From: Oscillospiraceae bacterium
GTDB taxonomy: Bacteria; Bacillota; Clostridia; Oscillospirales; Ruminococcaceae
Direction of reading: 5' to 3'
Length of the DNA: 64,000 bases
NCBI GenBank assembly: GCA_022766785.1
Contig: JALEOL010000024.1
Location: 14,153-78,152, forward strand
The notes below the pieces were generated by a model, which searched no databases, was not told the DNA's origin, and worked only from the letters and a program-made list of their open reading frames with translations. Each line of letters opens with the position of its first letter. The first letter of the stretch is position 1. The position numbers and the translations under genes are program-made. Below are positions 10,181-18,726 of this stretch, in pieces.

Positions 10181-13081
10181 TTATTCCGCCGCTCTCAGAA
10201 CTGCTTCACTGTAAAGCGCAATTCCCCGGGTGCTGTTCGGGTGTATCCAGTCGATGAGATAGTCCGTCTGCACCTCCAGACTGAACACACGATTTAGTTC
10301 GGCGGCAGGGTCGCTGAACACAAAGCCGTTTTCGCCGCAGTATTCAGCCAGCGCCGCCGAATACTCCGCAAGCAGCCGGTCGCGCTCCTGCGCCGGGATA
10401 ACGCACGCTTTGTCGTTCTCAAGTGCGCACCACGGCGCGACAAACGCAAATTCCGCGTCCGGTCTCTCCTCCCGTATGCGCCGCACAAAGCCGTCGATCC
10501 GGGCGATGTAGTCCTCCGCGGTCATCGCGCAGAGGCTCTTGTCACGGTAACGCACATCGTTCGTGCCTATCGCGACAACGTACAGCGAGCTGTCCGCCGG
10601 GACTTCTCCCAGTATCGACCGTGTGGTGGCTCCTCCCCTTGCGGTCACGCGCCAGTCCGGAACCGCTCCGCAAAGCGGCTCAAACCAGCCGTAGCCGCCG
10701 TTTTTCGTGCCATGGGTAATGCTGTCCCCCACGAACCTGACCGTCTCCGCGCCGCTCAGCTGCTGATACAGTGGTGAGCTTTCAAGCTCCGGCGTTATTT
10801 CCAGAGGAACGACTTCCGGGGCGAGATACCCTTTCTCGTCAAGATAGCAGCGCTCCGCCGCCATATTGAACGGCAGCTCCACCCCGAGCACGGTGGACGT
10901 GATATGCGCCCAGACCTCCTTAACGCGCGCCAGGTCGTCCGCGGAAACGCCGCCGTCTGTAAGCCCGGCTATCGGCACCGGGCGGTAATTTCCGCCGTTT
11001 TCCGCGGTTATCCACATCGGAACGACAGCGGCGCCCACAGGCTTTCCGGTCTCCCGGTCGATGTAGACCTCTGCGATGATAGAGCAGTCGCCGTTGTGCT
11101 CCCGGTAAATATTCATGAAATTGCCGGGGCAGTTCACCGTGATCTTTCCGTCGGTAAATTCCACCGGCTGGACTGAATGCGTGTGGTCGCTCAGAATGAT
11201 ATCCGCGCCCTGCTCCCGGAAGAAAGCGTTCCAGGTGTTCTGATAATCGTCCGGCTGGTCAAGGAACTGCGTTCCCATATGTGGGAGGACTACTATGAGA
11301 TCCGGCTGCATTGACTTCGCCAGCGCAAAATCTGCCGCGACCTCTGCCTTTGCCCTGTCGTAATTCGCCCCGGACGGGTCGGCAAGCGCACTTGTGAGAT
11401 ACGAAAGGCTGCCGCCCTCCAGCAGCGTATCCTCGCCATAGCCGTTTGAGCCGAAGGTGTAGCTCAGCACCGCAAGGCGCAGTCCCCCGGTCTCCACCAG
11501 CTTCACCCGGCGCTCCGACTTATCCTCCGCGCTGCGATAGCTCCCGGTGCTGTCAAGACCTGCCTGCTCCAGTATATCCAACGTGCGCAGCGCTCCGCTT
11601 TCGCCCTTGTCAAGCAGGTGGTTGTTCGCGGTGGTCACAAGGTCGAAGCCGGCTTCCTTTACCGCGGCGGCGAACTCGTCCGGGTAGTTCAGGCACACTG
11701 TTTTTCCGTCGTCGTAGTTGCTGGTGGAATAGCCTGCTCCCTCGCCTGCCATAGGACCTTCAAATACCCCGATGGCGAGATCGGCGGAGGATATCAGCTC
11801 CCGGGTGGGGTCGAAAATATCGCCGAAATCATAGCTGCCGTCCTCCTGCCTGCCCAGCTTCACCTGATCCTCCAGCAGCAGAAGATCCCCGGCGAACACC
11901 AGCTTAAAACACCCGTCGAACTGCTCCTGCTGTTCCGGGGTGATCCTGCGGAATATCACATCGCCGCTTTCCGCCGAAGCGCTTTCCTGCTGAACCTCGT
12001 CAGCGCCGCTTGGAATGCAGTCCCGTATGCTTTTGACAAGCGGTACTGCGAACACCGCCGCCGCAAGCGTGACTACCGCCGCCCGGTAAGCGAGCTTCCT
12101 GCTGTCCTTAGTCTTTCCTAAGCCGGAGAGCAGCAGCTCCGAGCCGTATTTTCCGAGAGCACGGACAAACCTCTCCACCGACGGCAGCGAGAACACCGCC
12201 GTCAAAGCCAGCGAAGCGCCGAACGCCACGAGCAGCACGGCATATTCCGGCAGTCCGCCGATATTCCTGCCTATCCAGATCGTCGGCAGCCTGTGCAGCA
12301 GGAACACCGCCAGAGAGCTCTGCCCGAAACGGCTGAGCAGGGGTATTTTCCTGTCCGGCAGCAGGAACATCACCGCGAGTATCACAAGCGCGGCAATTAC
12401 AAAGATAACGCCCCGGTCGATAAGCCCGAAAACCCCGGAGAACGGCTCCATCATCATGCTGCCCAGAGTTACCTCCCGGCTCACGAACAGATACGACAGA
12501 AAGCTGCACACCATAAGCAGCAGGGCGCATTCCACCCGGCGGAACGACTTCGCACGCAGCGCGCTTTCCGCCTTTTCGGAGGGCAACATATATCCGGCGA
12601 GGAAGAACGGCAGGAACGAAATTATCCTTGATATGCTCAGCACGTTAGTCACATCGCCGAAGAAGCCGCACAGCAGCGCCGCCGCGACGCTCACGGGAAT
12701 GATATGCGGTCTGCCCGAAAGCCACTGCGCGGACGCTCTCCAGGCAATGACCGCCAGCAGATACCAGAATGAATACACCGGAGTCACCAGCAGCGACATC
12801 ACTCCGCCCGGCGCAGCAAAGCACATCGCAAAATTGAACACGAAATAAAGCGACAGCAGCCCGAAAAGGCTCTCCTGGCTGCGGCTGTGGCTGCTTTTGC
12901 TGAGATAGCCCGTGGTGAACACGAACGCCGGCATGTGGAATATGTAAATTATATTCAGCACCGGCGTGATAAGCTCACCGCCGCTGGTCTCATACAGGAT
13001 ATGCGCGAATACGACAAGGAAAATAAGTATCCCCTTGAAATTATCCCAGAAATAAACCCTGGAGCTGGTATTATCAGGCAT
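10181..13081 (-). CDS. Fusion: membrane acyltransferase-3 + CapA/PGA_cap metallophosphoesterase-like + SGNH/GDSL domain
   Basis: N-term WDNFKGILIFLVVFAH...FHMPAF (AT3); middle FAGDLLL, ANNHLLDKG, PHMG, HTHSVQP (CapA); C-term GDSIT, GTND, DWIHP (SGNH). Confidence 0.85.
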   Translation of the reverse strand: MPDNTSSRVYFWDNFKGILIFLVVFAHILYETSGGELITPVLNIIYIFHMPAFVFTTGYLSKSSHSRSQESLFGLLSLYFVFNFAMCFAAPGGVMSLLVTPVYSFWYLLAVIAWRASAQWLSGRPHIIPVSVAAALLCGFFGDVTNVLSISRIISFLPFFLAGYMLPSEKAESALRAKSFRRVECALLLMVCSFLSYLFVSREVTLGSMMMEPFSGVFGLIDRGVIFVIAALVILAVMFLLPDRKIPLLSRFGQSSLAVFLLHRLPTIWIGRNIGGLPEYAVLLVAFGASLALTAVFSLPSVERFVRALGKYGSELLLSGLGKTKDSRKLAYRAAVVTLAAAVFAVPLVKSIRDCIPSGADEVQQESASAESGDVIFRRITPEQQEQFDGCFKLVFAGDLLLLEDQVKLGRQEDGSYDFGDIFDPTRELISSADLAIGVFEGPMAGEGAGYSTSNYDDGKTVCLNYPDEFAAAVKEAGFDLVTTANNHLLDKGESGALRTLDILEQAGLDSTGSYRSAEDKSERRVKLVETGGLRLAVLSYTFGSNGYGEDTLLEGGSLSYLTSALADPSGANYDRAKAEVAADFALAKSMQPDLIVVLPHMGTQFLDQPDDYQNTWNAFFREQGADIILSDHTHSVQPVEFTDGKITVNCPGNFMNIYREHNGDCSIIAEVYIDRETGKPVGAAVVPMWITAENGGNYRPVPIAGLTDGGVSADDLARVKEVWAHITSTVLGVELPFNMAAERCYLDEKGYLAPEVVPLEITPELESSPLYQQLSGAETVRFVGDSITHGTKNGGYGWFEPLCGAVPDWRVTARGGATTRSILGEVPADSSLYVVAIGTNDVRYRDKSLCAMTAEDYIARIDGFVRRIREERPDAEFAFVAPWCALENDKACVIPAQERDRLLAEYSAALAEYCGENGFVFSDPAAELNRVFSLEVQTDYLIDWIHPNSTRGIALYSEAVLRAAE

Positions 13082-13179
13082 GGCTTTTTCTCCCTTTTAT
13101 CTTTTCTGCGCCGCACGGAAGTCTATGCGGTTTTTCTTTATTCTACCACAAACCGTCCGAGAATGCAAGCCGCAGCGGA

Positions 13180-13212
13180 AAAAAGGCGGAAACACCGCTG
13201 TGCCTCCGCCTG
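13180..13212 (-). terminator. Intrinsic terminator after the 3' half of the asparagine synthetase gene
   Basis: AGGCGGAGGCAC...GTGTTTCCGCC followed by a T-run on the minus strand. Confidence 0.6.
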
Positions 13213-13217
13213 TATGC

Positions 13218-13652
13218 TCACCTTATCTCAACATTGTATTCCCTCAGCCAGAACTCCGTCTGGAGCATGTATGCGTATATCTGCGGCAGCGTCATCAGCT
13301 GACCGTACCAGTTTTTGGTGAAGCTCGCTCCGTTCGTGTCCAGCAGCTCCCGGAGCTTGTCGGCGCTCACCAGCTCGACTAACCGGCAGTCGTCCCTGTC
13401 CAGAACGCTGCGCAGCCTTTCGCTCAGCAGTCTGAGATATTCCGGGTCGTAGGTCTTTGGGTAAGGGCTTTTCTTCCGCCAGAGCACGTCGTCCGGCAGT
13501 ATTCCGGTCATGGCATGGCGCACAAGCCCCTTTTCCCTGCCGTTGTACGCCTTCATCTCCCAGGGCACGTTATAGGCGTACTCCACCACGCGGTAGTCGC
13601 AGAACGGCACGCGAACCTCCAGCCCGTGCGCCATGCTCATTCTGTCCTTGCG
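13218..13652 (-). CDS. asnB: 3' segment (144 codons + stop) of split glutamine-hydrolysing asparagine synthetase (AsnO/AsnB type)
   Basis: RKDRMSMAHGLEVRVPFCDYRVVEY...REKGLVRHAM...LWRKKSPYP; no proper start/RBS; begins immediately after the TGAC core. Confidence 0.92.
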   Translation of the reverse strand, partial: RKDRMSMAHGLEVRVPFCDYRVVEYAYNVPWEMKAYNGREKGLVRHAMTGILPDDVLWRKKSPYPKTYDPEYLRLLSERLRSVLDRDDCRLVELVSADKLRELLDTNGASFTKNWYGQLMTLPQIYAYMLQTEFWLREYNVEIR

Positions 13653-13681
13653 GTCACGCCGCGTCACATGGGTAAAACAGT

Positions 13682-15199
13682 TCACACAACAAAACTGACC
13701 TCTACCGGGGAGGCTTTGTCCCAGACCGTGACCCGCGCTATCAGCAGCTTTGCTATCGCTTTCCGGTCGGCAAGAGAAAGATCCTCCCAGTCCTCCAGCA
13801 GCGGCAGGATACGGTCGGCGGCGCTCTCCTGCTTTGCTTCGGCAGAATACCGCTGTATATCGGCGTTAAGCTCGCTCAGCTGACGTTCAAGGACTGCCAT
13901 TTTCTCGTTCAGCCTTGTCCGGAGCAGCGCGTTTTCAGCCTGCGAAAAGCTCTCCACAATGCCGCTTATCTCCTCCTCCAGCTTTATTCTCCGGGCTTTG
14001 AGGGAGTTCAGCCCGGTCTCCTCTGCGGCTGACCTGTCCGCGGAATGATAGCGCAGCCCCTTTGCACGCTCCAGCAGAGCAGCACTAACGGCGTTCTCGA
14101 TCTCGTCAAAGGTAATGCCGCTCTTTCCGCCGCAGCAGACGTGGTGCTTCCTGCCGCCGCAGTACAAATAACGCTTCCCGTTGTGCTGACCGCTGACGAC
14201 ATTAACCGCATAGCCGCAGAAGCCGCATTTTATCAGCCCGGACAGCCAGCTGTGCGTTCCCCTGCCGCTGTTTCTGAGCGCCTTGTTCTCGGATAGGCGG
14301 CGCTGCACCCTCAGCCAGTCGCCGGCGGAAATGAAACCCTCGTGCCGGTTGAGCTGAATGTGTTCGCCCTCAAGGTCGCGGAATTTGCTCCTCGTCTTTC
14401 CCTGACGATGACCGTAGACCGTGCAGCCGCACACTCCTGCGAACTCGCTCACATCGTTGTGGAGCACCGCGCCCCGGCTCACGAAATAGGAATACACGTC
14501 CGCGTCCGCCCGGACATACACAGGGTTCGCCAGTATCCTGCTTATGCGGACGCTGCTGAACCGGATATCCTGATCTGTCCCGTGTTCCGGGGAATTCAGC
14601 TCCGCCGCTATCTCGCCGATAGATCTGCCGGACAAATAGCTGCGGTAAATGTACTTCACGATATGACTGGTGCTGACATCTTCTTCAAGCCTGCTGGTCT
14701 TTTTGCCGTCGATCTGGTCTGCGATCTTCCGGTACCCAAGCGGCGCTGCGCCCGCCATGAAAAATCCCCTCTCCGCCCTGCTGTAAAAATTGTCGGTCAC
14801 ACGCTTCTGGATAGTCTCGCGCTCCAGCTGCGCAAAGATAAGTATCACCCGGAGCATGGCTTCGCCCGTAATGCTTGTGGTGTCAAAATCCTCGGTCGCG
14901 GACACGAAATCCACATGGTGCCGCTTCAGTTCCCGATAGGTCAGCTCAAAATCCAGCACCGAACGGCTCATGCGGTCGATCCTGTAGACGATCACCTTGC
15001 TCAGCCTGCCGGCTCTGACGTCGGACATCAGGCGCTGAAAGTCCGGGCGGTTGGTGTTCTTTCCGCTGTAGCCCCTGTCGCTGTACACCATTACGTCGGT
15101 CTCGCCTTTCCGGAGCTTTGCGCGGCATTCCTGCTCCTGGGTCTCAACGCTGATACTGTCCTTTTTGTCCACCGACTGTCTGCAATATATCCCTGTCAC
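13682..15199 (-). CDS. Large serine recombinase (resolvase + recombinase + zinc-ribbon domains; SpoIVCA/CisA-like)
   Basis: Catalytic IYCRQS, YSDRGYSGKNTNRPDFQRL, RIDRMSR, GLIKCGFCG...YLYC. Start placed at GTG 15199 after RBS GAGGTG. Confidence 0.95.
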   Translation of the reverse strand: MTGIYCRQSVDKKDSISVETQEQECRAKLRKGETDVMVYSDRGYSGKNTNRPDFQRLMSDVRAGRLSKVIVYRIDRMSRSVLDFELTYRELKRHHVDFVSATEDFDTTSITGEAMLRVILIFAQLERETIQKRVTDNFYSRAERGFFMAGAAPLGYRKIADQIDGKKTSRLEEDVSTSHIVKYIYRSYLSGRSIGEIAAELNSPEHGTDQDIRFSSVRISRILANPVYVRADADVYSYFVSRGAVLHNDVSEFAGVCGCTVYGHRQGKTRSKFRDLEGEHIQLNRHEGFISAGDWLRVQRRLSENKALRNSGRGTHSWLSGLIKCGFCGYAVNVVSGQHNGKRYLYCGGRKHHVCCGGKSGITFDEIENAVSAALLERAKGLRYHSADRSAAEETGLNSLKARRIKLEEEISGIVESFSQAENALLRTRLNEKMAVLERQLSELNADIQRYSAEAKQESAADRILPLLEDWEDLSLADRKAIAKLLIARVTVWDKASPVEVSFVV

Positions 15200-15252
15200 A
15201 TTATCCCACCTCAAAGACAATGGAGCGCGAAAATATCACGCCCCGTTTTCCG

Positions 15253-15384
15253 CTATGCGCTCTTCTGCGGCTTCGCCTGCTTCTTCTGAGCCGCCGCTAA
15301 TTTCAGCAGTCCGTCCGTTATGACACCTATCCTCTGGCTGCGTTCCTCCTCGCTCAGCTGTGGGTATACCAGCTTTACCTGCAT
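15253..15384 (-). CDS. Unannotated 43-aa protein upstream of the recombinase; candidate recombination directionality factor
   Basis: RBS GAGGTGA 5 nt before ATG; MQVKLVYPQLSEEERSQRIGVITDGLLKLAAAQKKQAKPQKSA*; below the ORF-track size cutoff. Confidence 0.65.
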   Translation of the reverse strand: MQVKLVYPQLSEEERSQRIGVITDGLLKLAAAQKKQAKPQKSA

Positions 15385-15433
15385 TCGCCTCACCTCATCA
15401 CAAGTAATGCTGTACTGTTCGTCCGTTATTCAC

Positions 15434-15466
15434 AAAAAAGCAGGCGGAGCGACTCGCCCCACCTGC
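15434..15466 (-). terminator. Intrinsic terminator separating the cargo from the small ORF/recombinase unit
   Basis: GCAGGTGGGGCGAGTCGCTCCGCCTGC-TTTTTT on the minus strand. Confidence 0.75.
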
Positions 15467-15472
15467 ACTTTC

Positions 15473-17240
15473 TTATTCAATAACGAACTGCTTTACCTCG
15501 TCGCAAAGCTGAACCGCCTGAGTATTAAGCTCCTCGCAGGAAGCAGCGATCTCCTGCGCGGCTGCGCTGGTCTGCTGCACAACGTCGGATATCTGCGAAA
15601 TGCCGTTGGTGATCTGCCCGATCGACTTTGACTGATACTCCGCAGCGGCGGAAATATCGCCGATCATCTGCTTTGTTCTGCCGAATATCTCCACCACAGA
15701 TCCCAGCGACTGAGCGTTCTTTTCCGCGATCTCAGACCCCTCCGACACCGCCGATACCGCCGCCGTGATAAGCTGCGACGTTGTGCGGACGGCTTCTGCG
15801 GATTTTGCAGCAAGGTTTCTCACCTCGTCGGCTACCACTGCAAAGCCCTTTCCTGCCTCCCCTGCCCTTGCCGCCTCTATCGCGGCGTTGAGAGCAAGGA
15901 TATTCGTCTGGAATGCGATATCGTCTATCGTCTTGTTTATCCGTTCGATCTCGCCGGACTGCTTAGGGCAATACCGCATAATTATTGTCGTGCGATTGCG
16001 CCGCAGATTTTTCGTTAGATTGTACAAATTGAGTGCAGACAGGCTGACGCCTTTCAAGCGAAATTTGTGCAAGATAACGGAAAAGATGCAAGCAAGCGTG
16101 CGGCAAAGGCGACAGCCGGTAATTGTGCGGTATTGCCTTAGAGATGTTCTCCATTGCGGACATCATCTGATCCATGTACCTGTGCTGTTCGTCAAGCACC
16201 GCCGAGCCGTTGTCCGCAAGCTCCAGAGCGCCGCGCGACTTGTCCGCGGTCTCGTTCACCTTCGCAGATATCTCGCCCAGCGATGAGGAAAGCTCCTCGA
16301 TAGCCTCCGCCTGACGCACAGTTCCTGCCGCCAGAACGTCCGAGCCTTTTGCGGAAGCCGAAGCGTCGGCGTTTACGTTATCTGAGGTGACGTTGATCTT
16401 TGAGATGATCTGCTTCATCTGGTCAGAAATAAGCTCCACCGACCGGTTCAGCTCAACAAAATCGCCGCTGTACACCGCCTCGGTGTGTTCCGTGAAGTTC
16501 CCGGCAGCCATCGAACCCAGCACCCGGGACAGATCCTCAATGTACCCGTGCAGAGTATCGCGCATGTTCTCCACCTGCGAAAGCAGCTCGCCTACCTCGT
16601 CCTTTCCGTGACGGACATCGGTTATCTGACAGCTGAGGTTGCCCTTGTTCATCTCCTTTGCCAGTTCTCCGATATGAACCACCGGGGTGAGTATCCTGCG
16701 TCTGATGATCCTGAGACACACGATCACCGCTGCGGCAGTTATGACAATAGTAAGACCGACTCCCACAATGCTCATGACAAGCATTTTCTGGTCAAGCATA
16801 CCGTTGATAACGCCGGTCTGGTAGCCGCCGAAATACGCGCCGATGATATTGCCGTTTTTATCCGTCATCGGCTCGTAGCATACCACATAATCGCTTCCGC
16901 CTATGGTCGTTCTGCCCAGATAGGTCTGACCCTTTTGCAATACACGTTCGGCGATCTCTGCGGACATTTCCGAGCCTTCGATACGTTTTCCGTCCTCGCC
17001 CTCAATGGTGGTGGCGTACCTTATGTTGTCCCTGAATATGGTGAACTGACCGCCGGTTTTTTCGCGGACAGGATCAAGATGATCATATGCGCGCAGGTCG
17101 TATCCTGCTATGAACGACCCGGCTCCGTCGATCTTTGTCAGATAGCAGTAGTACAATCTGTCGCTGTCGTAATTGAGACCGTCTGTAACGGAAGAAAGGC
17201 TGGCGTTCTGCGGGAAATTCTCCGTCGCACATATCTGCAC
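15473..17240 (-). pseudogene. Methyl-accepting chemotaxis protein (Cache-TM-HAMP-MCP signal), interrupted by a MITE and apparently 5'-truncated
   Basis: [37 protein letters not shown] in the downstream ORF; Cache/HAMP in the upstream ORF; removing 15967-16141 restores ...[12 protein letters not shown]...; first TM helix missing. Confidence 0.88.
15967..16137. mobile_element. 171-bp MITE with 18-bp terminal inverted repeats and 4-bp target duplication TTAG
   Basis: TIRs GGCAATACCGCATAATTA / TAATTGTGCGGTATTGCC (17/18 match); TTAG at 15963-15966 and 16138-16141. Confidence 0.9.
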
Positions 17241-17301
17241 GCCAGTTGTGTTATTTTGTTTGATCTGCGCTATTGCTGATACACATGGTCTGCCCCGGGG
17301 G

Positions 17302-18681
17302 TCAACCCTCGCAGGTATCCGTGATGTTGCTTATCCAGATACCCTTTCTTATCAGCACATAACCGATGACAAGCTTCAGTATATCCGCCGCCTGAATAAT
17401 GGTGTATATCACAAAAACAGACAGCGAACTGAACCGGCAGAGCAAAAACGCCGCCGGAACAACGATCACCCAGGTGAACACGCTGTCGAACAGAAAGGTC
17501 ACAAAGGTCTTTCCGCCGGAACGCAAGGTGAAATACAGCGCGTTGAGATAGCCCTGCACCGGGAAAAACAGTGCGGTTATCACAATAAACAGCGCAGCGT
17601 TCTTCCGTATTTCGTCCGTTGTGTCATAGAAATCCGGGAACACGCCCGAGACGCTGACAAGTATCACGGTCAGGATAATGCAGATACCGCCGGTGAACCT
17701 CATCAGCGCAAAGGAGTCCTTTTTCGCCTGTTCATACTGCTTCGCGCCGAGGGTCTGACCTATCAGGATACCCACCGCGTTGCCCAGGGCGATGAACACG
17801 ACGTTCAGCAGGTTGCACAGCGCGTTAGAAATATTAATTCCGGGAACGATATCAAGCCCCAGAATGGAATAATTCTGCGTCAGCGCTGCAATGCCGCCTG
17901 CCCACAGGAACTCGTTAAAGAATATCGGCAGTCCCTTTCTGATAATGACCGAGGCGGTTTTCACCGGCACCAGCATAGTCCTGTACGCTCCCTGCAAAAA
18001 GGCATGACGCTTCTTTCTGACGAACGCCCAGACTATCACCACCAGCATTTCCACCACCCTAGCAATGACGGTAGCAAGCGCTGCGCCTTTCACGCCCATT
18101 TCGGGGAAACCGAGCTTTCCGAAGATCAGCAGATAGTTGAACAGAATATCCGTCACAACAGAGAACACGCCGCCGATCATCGGTTTAATGCTGTCGCCGG
18201 TTTCCCTCAGCGTGCTTGCAAAGATCTGCGTCACGGCAAACGGCAGCAGTCCCCACAGCATTATCCCGAGGTATTCCCCGGCAAGCTGCATTGTGAGCAC
18301 GGGATCGACAGTTTCGCTCTCCCCCTGAAGATACAGCCCGATAAGCTTATCGCCGCCCAACGTGAAAGCCAGCAGCCCCAGCGCAAGGCATACCGCGCAG
18401 ACATAGTGCTTTATCCGGAAAGTGTTCCTGACCCCCTCGATATCGCCTTTTCCGTAATACTGCGCGGAATAGATACCGGGCCCGGACAGCCCTCCGAACA
18501 CCGCCAGATTGAATACGAATATCAGCTGACCCACGATAGAGACCGCGGATATCGCCTCAGTGCCGAGATTTCCCACCATGATATTGTCGATAAGCCCTAC
18601 CATGTTGGTTATCCCGTTTTGTATCATCATGGGCACCGCAAGCGCCAGCGCCCGTTTGTATATGCTGTTGTTCTGATACAT
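17302..18681 (-). CDS. MATE family efflux transporter
   Basis: LAVPMMIQNGITNMVGLIDNIMVGNLG; FGKLGFPEMGVKGAALATVIAR; about 12 hydrophobic segments; start at MYQNN after GGAGAGGGAG. Confidence 0.93.
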   Translation of the reverse strand: MYQNNSIYKRALALAVPMMIQNGITNMVGLIDNIMVGNLGTEAISAVSIVGQLIFVFNLAVFGGLSGPGIYSAQYYGKGDIEGVRNTFRIKHYVCAVCLALGLLAFTLGGDKLIGLYLQGESETVDPVLTMQLAGEYLGIMLWGLLPFAVTQIFASTLRETGDSIKPMIGGVFSVVTDILFNYLLIFGKLGFPEMGVKGAALATVIARVVEMLVVIVWAFVRKKRHAFLQGAYRTMLVPVKTASVIIRKGLPIFFNEFLWAGGIAALTQNYSILGLDIVPGINISNALCNLLNVVFIALGNAVGILIGQTLGAKQYEQAKKDSFALMRFTGGICIILTVILVSVSGVFPDFYDTTDEIRKNAALFIVITALFFPVQGYLNALYFTLRSGGKTFVTFLFDSVFTWVIVVPAAFLLCRFSSLSVFVIYTIIQAADILKLVIGYVLIRKGIWISNITDTCEG

Positions 18682-18726
18682 GTTCTCCCTCTCCTGTTTC
18701 ACGTTTTTTAGAAATGCCCTTTAGTA

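Noticed and set aside
13653-13685. Independent start for a 155-aa stand-alone protein
   Set aside because: The first 11 codons are att-arm sequence overlapping the recombinase stop, with no RBS; this is the 3' half of the split gene.
17173-18711. Long antisense ORFs (e.g. 17173-18711 +, 14342-15289 +, 59472-60812 +, 63457-63894 -)
   Set aside because: Shadow frames opposite well-supported genes in GC-rich coding DNA, with no recognisable motifs.
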